Of a stretch of 64,000 nucleotides of DNA, positions 29,932-38,680 are shown in pieces. The notes under the pieces were generated by a model. That model saw only the letters and a program-made list of their open reading frames with translations. It searched no databases and was not told the origin of the DNA. The stretch covers positions 768,001 to 832,000 of the forward strand of contig CBDBZU010000004.1 in the NCBI GenBank assembly GCA_965213625.1, in the 5' to 3' direction. Numbering within the stretch: the stretch's first letter is position 1; every line of letters begins with the position of its first letter. Source of the DNA: a bacterium. GTDB lineage: Bacteria; UBA8248. Made by a program: the position numbers and the translations under genes.

Positions 29932-31023
29932 TTATCTCGCTTTCTCAGTCGACGACGCTCCGTCTTGGGTGGTTCGGGGCCGCGCGTCTCTCCTGAGGGC
30001 GGCGTCGACGGTCTCGGGCGCGATGGGGGCGAGAGAACCTGCGAACTGCCGCGCCGACTCAGCCCAGGTGTATTTGCGCGCGCGGGCGATAGCGGCGGCG
30101 GGGTCGAGCGAGAGGGCGTTCTCTATGCTTAAGCTCAAATCCTGGTCTAGCCAGCCGCTCACGCCGTGTTCGACGACGTCGATGGGGCCGGGCACCGGAT
30201 AGGCCGCGACGGGCAGGCCGCACGCCATGGCCTCTATCATAACGAGGCCGAAAGTATCCGAACGGCTCGGGAAGACGAAGACGTCGCAGCCCGATATCTC
30301 GCGTACGAGATCATCGCCGAAGAGGTAGCCGGTGAAATGTGCCTCTGGGTATCTGGCTTCGAGCGATTTACGGGACGGGCCGTCGCCGATGACGACCTTG
30401 GTTCCGGGCGTCTCGGCACCCAGAAACGCCTCGATATTCTTCTCCACCGAGAGGCGTCCCACGTAGACGAGCCTCGGGCCGGGGAGGTTTGCCGTCGCGC
30501 CGCCCGGAAGGGGGCGGAAGCGCGCATGATCCACCCCGCGCGTCCAGGTCCTGACTTCGTTGAAGCCCCGTTCCCCCAGTTCGCGCGCCATGCTCGGCGT
30601 GGGGACCATGACGCACAGGCCCGGCCCGTGGAACCGGCGCAGGACGGCGTAGGCAATACGCTCCATGCCGGGAAGTGGAAAGCGCGCGGCGAGAAACTCA
30701 GGGAAGCGCGTATGATAGCCCGTCGTGAAGGGGAGTCCGCGCCTCATGCACCAGCGCCTCACGGCGAATCCGATGGGGCCTTCGGTCGAGACGTGGACGT
30801 GGTCGGGCCGGAAATCGGCAACCGTATTCGTGATTTCTTTTTGCGAGAGCCGCGCGAGCCTGATTTCGGGATAATAAGGCAGCGCGGCCGTGCGGCGTCC
30901 CTCGGGCGTCAGCATGCGGACGCCGTGACCGGCCGTCTCCAGTTGCGCCGCGACGTTCTCTATCGTGCGGACGACCCCGTTAACCTGCGGCCGCCAGGCA
31001 TCCGTCGCTATGAGAACGCGCAT
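29932..31023 (-). CDS. GT4 glycosyltransferase (Agt-like glycolipid synthase)
   Basis: MRVLIATDAWRPQVNGVVRT, YHTRFPE, VGRLSVEKN, DTFGLVMIEAMACGLPV. Confidence 0.85.
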   Translation of the reverse strand: MRVLIATDAWRPQVNGVVRTIENVAAQLETAGHGVRMLTPEGRRTAALPYYPEIRLARLSQKEITNTVADFRPDHVHVSTEGPIGFAVRRWCMRRGLPFTTGYHTRFPEFLAARFPLPGMERIAYAVLRRFHGPGLCVMVPTPSMARELGERGFNEVRTWTRGVDHARFRPLPGGATANLPGPRLVYVGRLSVEKNIEAFLGAETPGTKVVIGDGPSRKSLEARYPEAHFTGYLFGDDLVREISGCDVFVFPSRSDTFGLVMIEAMACGLPVAAYPVPGPIDVVEHGVSGWLDQDLSLSIENALSLDPAAAIARARKYTWAESARQFAGSLAPIAPETVDAALRRDARPRTTQDGASSTEKAR

Positions 31024-31798
31024 GTTCCTCCTCCAGGGTTTTCTTGTATTCGTTCCAGTGGATGAGTTCAAGGCGTCCGTCCATGTGCTCGACCAGGGCC
31101 GTACAGCTCTCCACCCAATCGCCGTCGTTGCAGTAGTGGATTCCCTCGATCATGCGCATGTCGGGCGTGTGGATGTGCCCGCAGATGACGCCGTCGGCAC
31201 CTGCGTCACGCGCCGCTCGCACTACCGCCTGCTCGAGATTGGAGATGAACTCCACGGCGCGCTTCACGTTGCGCTTGAGATAGGCCGAGAGCGACCAGTA
31301 GGGAAGGCCCACCACGCGCCTGAGCTTATTGAACCGCTGGTTGACCCAGATGGCCGTCTTGTAGGCGCGGTCTCCGAAGTGCGCCAGCCACTTGGCGTAG
31401 AGGACGACGCCGTCGAACTGATCGCCGTGGAGCACCAGGTATTTCTTGCCGTCCGCCGTGCGGTGCACGTAATCGTGCCGCACCCGCACGCGGCCGAAGT
31501 GCTGCCCGCAGAAGTCGCGGAACATCTCGTCGTGATTGCCGGGAATGTAGAAGACCTTGGTGCCCTTGCGCGCCTTCCGGAGGAGTTTCTGGATAACGTC
31601 GTTGTGAGTCTGGTGCCAGTACCAGTTGCGCTTGAGCGCCCAGTTATCGATGACGTCGCCGACGAGGTAGAGCCTGTCGCTCTCGACCACTTTGAGGAAT
31701 TCGAGCAGTGCTGCGGGCTGGGAGGTTTTGGTACCCAGGTGGATGTCGGATATGAAGACGCTTCGGAAGTGAACGAGGCCGGGCGACGCGGGGCTCAT
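30980..31798 (-). CDS. Metallophosphoesterase, PlcP-like phospholipase C (LpxH2 family)
   Basis: FISDIHLG, VGDVID.W, HNDVIQKLLRKARKG, PGNHDE, HGDQFD, CGHIH, NDGDWVES; overlaps the GT4 gene. Confidence 0.8.
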   Translation of the reverse strand: MSPASPGLVHFRSVFISDIHLGTKTSQPAALLEFLKVVESDRLYLVGDVIDNWALKRNWYWHQTHNDVIQKLLRKARKGTKVFYIPGNHDEMFRDFCGQHFGRVRVRHDYVHRTADGKKYLVLHGDQFDGVVLYAKWLAHFGDRAYKTAIWVNQRFNKLRRVVGLPYWSLSAYLKRNVKRAVEFISNLEQAVVRAARDAGADGVICGHIHTPDMRMIEGIHYCNDGDWVESCTALVEHMDGRLELIHWNEYKKTLEEEHARSHSDGCLAAAG

Positions 31799-32125
31799 CG
31801 GATGAGAAACCTCAGAAAGTGTCCATCCCGAAAAGCTTTGTGATCCCGCCGGTTGGCGGCTCGTCTAGCCACAGACTGAGCGCATGACCGTGACGGAGCG
31901 AAATCACGAGCCCCAAATACCATGAAGAGGGGTGCAATGCAAGCCTGAAATTTTTTCGAGAGCGCGGCCCTGTAATCTTAAAAAGAGCAGGTGGAAATCC
32001 CTCCCTTAATCTTGAAGCATCCACCCCCTCCCCGCGTTCCGGCTCTTTCTCCCGTGTGCTAGAATCGTGGCCTCAAAAAACAACTCGGCATTTACAAGCC
32101 GGTTCAGACACGATGGGAGCGCGCC

Positions 32126-32929
32126 ATGAAAACCGTATCCGTAAACGGAATCGATATCGCCTACCAGGAATCGGGGAGCGGGCCGCCGCTCCTGCTCCTG
32201 CACGGCTTTTCGCTGGATCACACCATCTGGGCGCCGCAGGTGGAAGAGTTGCAAAGAAGCTACCGCGTCCTGGTTCCCGACATGCGCGGCATGGGGCGGA
32301 CGCCGCACTCAGGCGGGCAAATCACGGTCTCGATGATGGCCGACGACATGGCCGCTTTCCTCGGCGCGCTCGACATCAGCGCCGCCGCCGTGGCGGGCTT
32401 CTCGCTGGGAGGCTACATCCTGCTCCAGATGGTGCTCCGCCACCCGCTCAAGGTGCGCGCGTGCGGTTTCATCAGCACACGGGCGGCGGCGGATTCAGAA
32501 GAGGGAAAAAAGGTGCGCTTACAGCACATGCAGACCGTCATCAACGAGGGGATGGCGGGCTTCGCCGGGCACTTCATCGAAAGCCTCTTCGCGCCCGCCT
32601 ACATCGCCGCCCATCCGCTCGAAATCGAGGCTACGCAAAAGGTCGTGCTCTCCCAGATTCCCGACTACATCGCCTCGCTCATCGACGCGCTCAGGACGCG
32701 TGAGGAACTGACGCCGCGCCTGGGCGAAATCGCCGTCCCCTGCCTGGTGTTCGGCGGGACGGGCGACGCGCTGGTGCCGCACGCGCAGATGACCGCTTTA
32801 CACAAGGGGCTGAGCGATTCCGTCATCGAGTTGGTGGATGGCGCGGGCCACACGACGCCGTTCGAGTGCGCGGATCGGGTGAGCTCCCAGCTTGACCAGA
32901 TGATGCAGCGCGCGGGCATGTGGTTGTAG
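32126..32929 (+). CDS. Alpha/beta hydrolase (3-oxoadipate enol-lactonase-like)
   Basis: LLHGF, DMRGMG, GFSLGG nucleophile elbow, D and GH catalytic positions. Confidence 0.85.
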   Translation: MKTVSVNGIDIAYQESGSGPPLLLLHGFSLDHTIWAPQVEELQRSYRVLVPDMRGMGRTPHSGGQITVSMMADDMAAFLGALDISAAAVAGFSLGGYILLQMVLRHPLKVRACGFISTRAAADSEEGKKVRLQHMQTVINEGMAGFAGHFIESLFAPAYIAAHPLEIEATQKVVLSQIPDYIASLIDALRTREELTPRLGEIAVPCLVFGGTGDALVPHAQMTALHKGLSDSVIELVDGAGHTTPFECADRVSSQLDQMMQRAGMWL

Positions 32930-33300
32930 GCTTGACGTAAGGGGTTGTTGGAAAAGCCTCTAACAACCAGGGAATGGATTACTCAATCGACATACGCTCA
33001 TGAAATGACTCCCCCTTGCAGAACACCAACTAATCTCTTGCCCTCTAGCAGCATTGCCAACCAACGAGAGAGAAAAAATCACTCCCCCCTTGAGGGGGAG
33101 TCGACGAGGTAAGGGCGCAAGCCCGCAAGCGAGTCGGTGGGGGGTCAAAACCGACCGTTGAGGAAGGTTTTGCGAACCGTTGATATCCTGCTCTGCAAGC
33201 AATCGCTCCCTTTCCGGTCGTGACCCCCCACCGATTCAGACTTCGCACAAATCGCTCGGCTTCATCGTTGGGCTTTCCCCTCGGGAAGCCCAACCCTCAA

Positions 33301-34820
33301 GGGTCTGTTGAAAAACCCGGTGTTGGAAGCGGGCGTTTTGGCGGCTCACGCGGCGGCGGGGAGGCAGCCCAATTGGCGCGTGAGGGCGCCATGTGCGCGC
33401 AGCCGGCGTCTCCGGGCGGCACAGGCCGTCCAGAGGGCGAATATACGCGCCGCAAAAGCGGCGGCCAGCCGCTTGAGGTTCACCGCTATCGCCGTCAGGT
33501 AGGACTGGATCCGCATGTTCGCAAGGCCCCGGCGCACCGCCCGCCCCAGTCCGTGCCGGCTCTTCGCCTCGCCGTGGTAGCCCTCCGAGCGCCAACGGTG
33601 GCGGCCATAGAGACGCTTCTCCTCCTCCCCCCAGCGCGCATGCCGCCGACGCGCGCGCAACAGCGCCGGATACGCGTGCGGAATCAACACCGTCCTGCTC
33701 GTGCGCGACTTCGACAGACAATCCGCACGGAGCGCGCAGCCCGCGCAATCCCGCGTCTTCGATACATAGGAGCGCCCCCGCTCCGTCGCCTGCCGGGGGC
33801 GCAGCGTCTTGCCTCCCGGACACTTCACCACCTCGTTGCGCGCGTCGTAGTGGAACAACTGCAGCGGAACACGGCTCTGGCTGGGTTCCTTCTTCGCTGG
33901 TATCAGCGCTTCCACGCCCCGCCGCTCCAATTCGCCATAAACCTTCGAGTACGCGTAGCCCGAATCCGCCGTCACCATCTCCGGCGCGCGGCCCGACAAC
34001 TCGCTTACCGCCTCTATATGGGACGCCATCATCTCACGCTCGTTCCGCGTCCCCTCCGTCACCGACACGTCGAGAACAACACCCCGCTCATCGTCCACCG
34101 CCGCGTGCTGCTTGTAGCTCGGCTCGAACCCCGCCCGCGCGCTCTTGCGCGCAAGCCGCGCGTCCGGGTCCGTCCGGCTCACCCGACCCCCGCCACCGCG
34201 GCCTCCTCCCTTCTTCTCCCCCTCATCATCGACGGGATTCTCCCGAATCACCTTCTCCGCGTGGTGCGCCGCCAGACTCTCCCAGCTCACGTCCGCGCGT
34301 ATCAACGAGGCGTCCACGTGCACCACTTCCCCCTTCGCCACATTCGCCTCCAGGCAAGCCTGCACCGTGCGACGGAATATCTCCTTGAACCGAGCCTCCC
34401 CCCACCGCTGACGAATCCGCGTCAGGCTCGAATGATGCGGCAAATCCTCGTGCAGCCCGTACCCGATGAACCACCGGATCGCCAGGTGCGCACGCGCCTC
34501 GCGAAGCAGACGCCGGTCGTGTACGTAGCCCAGCAACATACCCGCAAGCATCAAGCGGAGCGCCACCTCCGGGTCGATCCCCGGTCGACCATTGTCCGCG
34601 CAATAGCAATCCGCCACCTCCTCACGAAGCCAACTCAAATCCAGTACGCGGTCCACGCGCATCAGGACGTGATCCTCGGGGATCAGCCGATCCAGCGAAC
34701 CGGCCACGAACAAATCCATCTGCTCGCGCCTCTTGCTGCCTATCATCGAGGGAACTCCCATCTCGGGCGAGATAGTGTCATTACACCCAATCACAATGCC
34801 GGGGGTTTTTCAACAGCCCC
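33301..34820 (-). mobile_element. IS1182-family insertion sequence, complete
   Basis: TIRs GGGTCTGTTGAAAAACCCGG / CCGGGGGTTTTTCAACAGCCCC; CTCAA duplicated (boundary ambiguous because the target is palindromic). Confidence 0.88.
33346..34746 (-). CDS. IS1182-family DDE transposase
   Basis: GRPGIDP, LPHHSSLTRIRQR, VDASLIRA, TDPDARL, ADSGY, CP.GK...C..C, Y..HRWRSEG...EAK..HGL. Confidence 0.9.
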   Translation of the reverse strand: MIGSKRREQMDLFVAGSLDRLIPEDHVLMRVDRVLDLSWLREEVADCYCADNGRPGIDPEVALRLMLAGMLLGYVHDRRLLREARAHLAIRWFIGYGLHEDLPHHSSLTRIRQRWGEARFKEIFRRTVQACLEANVAKGEVVHVDASLIRADVSWESLAAHHAEKVIRENPVDDEGEKKGGGRGGGGRVSRTDPDARLARKSARAGFEPSYKQHAAVDDERGVVLDVSVTEGTRNEREMMASHIEAVSELSGRAPEMVTADSGYAYSKVYGELERRGVEALIPAKKEPSQSRVPLQLFHYDARNEVVKCPGGKTLRPRQATERGRSYVSKTRDCAGCALRADCLSKSRTSRTVLIPHAYPALLRARRRHARWGEEEKRLYGRHRWRSEGYHGEAKSRHGLGRAVRRGLANMRIQSYLTAIAVNLKRLAAAFAARIFALWTACAARRRRLRAHGALTRQLGCLPAAA

Positions 34821-34973
34821 CTCAAGGGGGGAGTGTTTAGCTGGCGCTCTGCAAGGGGGGAGTGAAGCCTCCCCACTCCCGGTCGGCTACATACGCCGAA
34901 TCACGAATTCAGGGTTTTTCAACAACCCCTGTAAGGACAGGTCGCGACCACGGACAGGCACGGGGGCCTGTCC

Positions 34974-35747
34974 CTACTCCCAGAAAACCCTCTCCCTCAA
35001 CCAGTCGATCTGCGCTGCCGGTGCGGCGAGGATGGGTTCGGGTGCCCGGCGTCCGTCGGCCAGGGCGGCGTAGTCGATCGCAGCTCCCGAGAGGTAGGCC
35101 ACGCTTCCCCCCGCGCGCTCGTAGATGAGCGCAGCGGCGGCGAAGTCATAGGCGCGTATCGGCTCCATCAGCGTACCGAAGGCCGAGCCCGCCGCCGTCA
35201 GGCAGATGTGGCAGGCGGCGGACGCCAGCGCGAGAAAGCGTCCGGGGTATTGGTGCGAAAGACCCGCCACCTCGCCGCACGGGACGAAAAGATAATCGTG
35301 ATCGCCGGGAACCCCCTGCCCGACTTGCGCCAGCGGCGCGCCGTTCCTCATAGCAGTGCCCGTGGCCTCGGCTGTAAAAATCTGCCCCATCGCGGGCATG
35401 TGGACGACGCCCGCCACAACGCGCGAGCCCCTGAGACACGCGATGGAGACCGCCCAGAAGGGGAGTCCTTTGAGATAAGGCCCCGTGCCGTCGATGGGGT
35501 CTATCGCCCACCAGCGCGTATTGGGGCCGATATCCTCCGCGCCGCTCGCACCGCTTTCCTCCGCGAGGACGGGATCGTCGGGATACGCCGCGCGGATCTC
35601 CCCGATGATGATGCGCTCCACCTCCCGGTCGGCGCGCGAGACGATGCTGCGTCCTTTGGGTTCCGCCTCCACGTGGCCGAACAGCTCCATCGCGCGCGCG
35701 CCCGCCTTGCGCGCGGTCTCTTCGATGAACGAAACGAGGTCTGACAC
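34974..35747 (-). CDS. Inositol monophosphatase family protein
   Basis: ADREVE, LAEE, WAIDPIDGT, YDFAAAALI...AGG; GTG start after AGGAG. Confidence 0.88.
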   Translation of the reverse strand: MSDLVSFIEETARKAGARAMELFGHVEAEPKGRSIVSRADREVERIIIGEIRAAYPDDPVLAEESGASGAEDIGPNTRWWAIDPIDGTGPYLKGLPFWAVSIACLRGSRVVAGVVHMPAMGQIFTAEATGTAMRNGAPLAQVGQGVPGDHDYLFVPCGEVAGLSHQYPGRFLALASAACHICLTAAGSAFGTLMEPIRAYDFAAAALIYERAGGSVAYLSGAAIDYAALADGRRAPEPILAAPAAQIDWLRERVFWE

Positions 35748-35948
35748 CGGGTTCTCCTGACTCTTATAGATTCGAATTGCGCGCATGATGGAGGAGGCTT
35801 GAACCCATGACAAGGCAGGGGCGGACGCCAAGGGATTCACTCGATCCGCAAGCCCGCTTCGAATCATCGACAAAAGGGGGATGAATTGCTAAAAGGTGGA
35901 AAATTTCGCTCGCTTCGCGGCAAGCCCACAGACACAGGAGACGCATCC

Positions 35949-36386
35949 ATGCCATTCGCCCGTACCCATCGACTCACCACCAAGGGGGCCAAGCTGATGA
36001 TGACGGCCGCCATCGCCAAGGCGGAAGAATTCGGCATCCCCGTCACCGTGGCCATCGCCGACGCGGGCGGACACCTCGTCCTACTCGAGCGCATGGACGG
36101 CGGGCGCTTCCACACCGTGCACTCATCCACCACCAAGGCGGTGTGTTCGGCCTCGAACAAGCGGCCCACCACCACGCAGGGCGCGCAGGCGCAGCATCTG
36201 GATACAGCCCATGCCCTGGGCCTGGCCCTGGCCGCAGGTCCCGAGCGGTGGACGGCGATGGAGGGCGGCTTCCCGATTCTTTATGAGGGCGAATGCCTGG
36301 GCGGCATCGGCGTGAGCGGGGGCGACTGGGAGCAGGATTTGGCCATCGCGCGGGTGGCCGTCGAGGCGGTGGGCGCTTCTTTTTAA
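35949..36386 (+). CDS. GlcG/HbpS family heme-binding protein
   Basis: VAIADAGGHL...RMDG, KA, GGFPI, GGIGVSGG...QD. Confidence 0.88.
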   Translation: MPFARTHRLTTKGAKLMMTAAIAKAEEFGIPVTVAIADAGGHLVLLERMDGGRFHTVHSSTTKAVCSASNKRPTTTQGAQAQHLDTAHALGLALAAGPERWTAMEGGFPILYEGECLGGIGVSGGDWEQDLAIARVAVEAVGASF

Positions 36387-36493
36387 GTCCGGGGCGCGGA
36401 TTGAAGCGTACCCTGGCGCGACGAGCCTTCGCCATAACCCGCAAAAAACATTTTCCATCACTTGTATCGGCATCATAAGGAGTCATACAAAAA

Positions 36494-37507
36494 ATGAGCT
36501 CAAAACCCCTGAGGGTGGCCGCACTCGGCATGGGCTGGTGGTCGGATGTGCTGGCCGACGCCATCGGCAGAACCGACAAGATAGAGATCGCCGCCTGCTT
36601 CACGCGCTCGGAAGACAAGCGCGCGGCCTTCGCCGAAAAATACAATTGTGAGGCGGCCGCGAGCTACGAGGAAATTCTGGCGGATGACTCCATAGAGGCC
36701 ATCATCAACACCACGCCCAACCACGTTCACCTGGAAACCACGAAAGCGGCGGCGGAGGCGGGCAAGCACGTGTTTCTGGATAAGCCCATCGCCCACACCG
36801 TTGCCGACGGCAAGGCGCTCACCCGCGCGTGCGCGGAGGCGGGCATGGTGCTCGCCATCGGCTACCAGAGGCGGCGGGAGAACCATTTCCGCTGGATCAG
36901 GAACCAGATCGACGCGGGCGAATTCGGCAGGCTCGTCCAGGCGGAGTGCAACATCAGCAGGGACAGGGAGGGCCAGTTCGAACCCGGCCACTGGCGCTAC
37001 CAGTCAGACGCCATGCCGGGCGGCGTCATGCTCCAGATCGGCATCCACTACGCTGACGTGCTGACCTACCTCATGGGGCCGATAGTCGCCGTATCGGGCC
37101 GGACGGCGCAACTCGTCCTGCCCGGCGACAACCCCGACGTGGCGAACCTGATTCTCGAGCACGAATCGGGCGCCATTTCGAACCTGACGGCCAGCTACGC
37201 CTCGGCGTCGGAGTATTACCTCATGAACATTTACGGGAAAACGGCCACGGCCTACTACACGCTTTTTGACGGCCTGCGCGTCCTCTACCGGGGCGAGGAG
37301 GCGCCCCAGGCGGTGGCGTGCGAGAAGAACGACACCATCAGGGAAGAGCTCGATGAATTCGCGGACGCCGTTCGCGGAGGTGCTGCGCCCGAAATGGGGG
37401 GCGAGGACGCCGTGTCCTCTCTCGCCGTCATCCGCGCCGGCGTGCGCTCAGCCAAAGAGGGACGCCGGGTGGAAGTGTCCGAAATCCTCGATGACGCGAA
37501 CGAATAA
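36494..37507 (+). CDS. Gfo/Idh/MocA oxidoreductase
   Basis: TPNHVH, AGKHVFLDKP, GGVMLQIGIHYAD. Confidence 0.9.
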   Translation: MSSKPLRVAALGMGWWSDVLADAIGRTDKIEIAACFTRSEDKRAAFAEKYNCEAAASYEEILADDSIEAIINTTPNHVHLETTKAAAEAGKHVFLDKPIAHTVADGKALTRACAEAGMVLAIGYQRRRENHFRWIRNQIDAGEFGRLVQAECNISRDREGQFEPGHWRYQSDAMPGGVMLQIGIHYADVLTYLMGPIVAVSGRTAQLVLPGDNPDVANLILEHESGAISNLTASYASASEYYLMNIYGKTATAYYTLFDGLRVLYRGEEAPQAVACEKNDTIREELDEFADAVRGGAAPEMGGEDAVSSLAVIRAGVRSAKEGRRVEVSEILDDANE

Positions 37508-37532
37508 ATCATAAAATCTTAAAGGAGAAACC

Positions 37533-38330
37533 ATGCCACGCATTCAAGCCGGTGATATACAGCTCAACTACGCGGAACGAGGAGAGGGGGAGGCGTTCCT
37601 GTTCATTCCCGGCCTCATGGGCCTTCTGGACGCCTGGGATTTCCAGATGCCCCATTTCTCGGAACGCTACCGCTGCATCACCTTCGACCACAGGGGCACG
37701 GGCGAGAGCGACAAGCCCAAGGACGCTTATTCCACGGACTTCATCGCGCAGGACGCGGTCGCCCTGCTCGATACGCTGGGAATCGAAAAAGCCCACGTGG
37801 CGGGCACATCAACCGGAGGCTGCATACTGCAGAACCTCGCGCTCGATTATCCCGACCGGATCAACTGCTGCGTATTCACCAACACATGGACGACGGCTGA
37901 CCCTTACATGACGCGCTTACAGACCTCGCGCAAGCAGATCGCCGAGGCCTACGGGCTGGAGGAATACATCAAGTTCAGCTCCTTGTGGACGTGCGGGTGG
38001 ACGCAGTTCCGGAACATGTACGAGAACCTGCTGGAACTCGAAGCCCGCCAGAAGGACACCATCGCGCCAGTCGATGTCATCACCGCGCGCCTCGACATGA
38101 CGCTCAGTCACGACAGGACGTCCGAGATTCAGAACATCGACAAGCCCGCGCTCATCATCGCCGCGAAAGACGACGCCCTCACCCCGCCGTACTTCGCCCA
38201 GGACCTGCAAAAGGCGATAGCGGGCTCGAAGCTCGTGATACTGGAAGAGGGAGGCCACTACAGCTACCGCCGCTCCCACACCGAATGGAACGCGGCCGTG
38301 GATGCGTTCCTGGCCGAAGCGGGCGGCTAG
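37533..38330 (+). CDS. Alpha/beta hydrolase (RutD-like)
   Basis: FDHRGTGES, GTSTGG, DDALTP, GGH. Confidence 0.82.
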   Translation: MPRIQAGDIQLNYAERGEGEAFLFIPGLMGLLDAWDFQMPHFSERYRCITFDHRGTGESDKPKDAYSTDFIAQDAVALLDTLGIEKAHVAGTSTGGCILQNLALDYPDRINCCVFTNTWTTADPYMTRLQTSRKQIAEAYGLEEYIKFSSLWTCGWTQFRNMYENLLELEARQKDTIAPVDVITARLDMTLSHDRTSEIQNIDKPALIIAAKDDALTPPYFAQDLQKAIAGSKLVILEEGGHYSYRRSHTEWNAAVDAFLAEAGG

Positions 38331-38680
38331 AGGGTTGGTGAAAAACCTCTCCTCGCTCGGAATTCACCCCCATAGGCGTGGCTGCGGACTTCGCCCTTGA
38401 GATGAGAGCGAAAGAATTACTCCCCCCTTGAGGGGGAGTCGAAGAAGCCGAGCCTCCGGCGAAGGCTGATTCGGTGGGGGGAATGATTTTCGAATGCAGG
38501 TTTGTACTAAAGTAAAAGCTCCCCCCACCGACTCGCTTGCGGGCTTACGCCCTTACCTCGTCGACTCCCCCTCAAGGGGGGAGTGGTTGGTTTGCACTCT
38601 GCAAGAGTGAATGTTTTTCCTCACGTCCAGGTCGGCTCCATTCGCCGACTCACGAAACCGGGCTTTTTCAATAACCCCCT
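38331..38680. mobile_element. MITE-like element containing an intact REPIN (38419-38584)
   Basis: AGGGTTGGTGAAAAA / TTTTTCAATAACCCC ends; homologous to the 32940-34930 arms; fills the gap between two convergent stop codons. Confidence 0.7.

Larger units (their letters stand above)
33081..34834. repeat. REPIN-like element (ACTCCCCCCTTGAGGGGGAGT ends) interrupted by IS1182
   Basis: Left arm nearly identical to the reverse complement of 38521-38584; right terminus split by the IS. Confidence 0.8.
32940..34930. mobile_element. MITE-like element with AGGGGTTGTTG terminal inverted repeats, carrying a REPIN and an IS
   Basis: AGGGGTTGTTGGAAAAG ... TTTTTCAACAACCCCT, flanked by GTA on both sides; right arm homologous to 38586-38680. 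Confidence 0.65.

Noticed and set aside
31860-31910. Pho box upstream of the plcP-like gene
   Set aside because: Only one reasonable half-site (CCGTCAC on the minus strand); the second at the 11 bp spacing is poor
33220-35073. 617-aa plus-strand ORF
   Set aside because: Antisense shadow of the IS1182 transposase in GC-rich DNA; Arg/Pro-rich with no motifs
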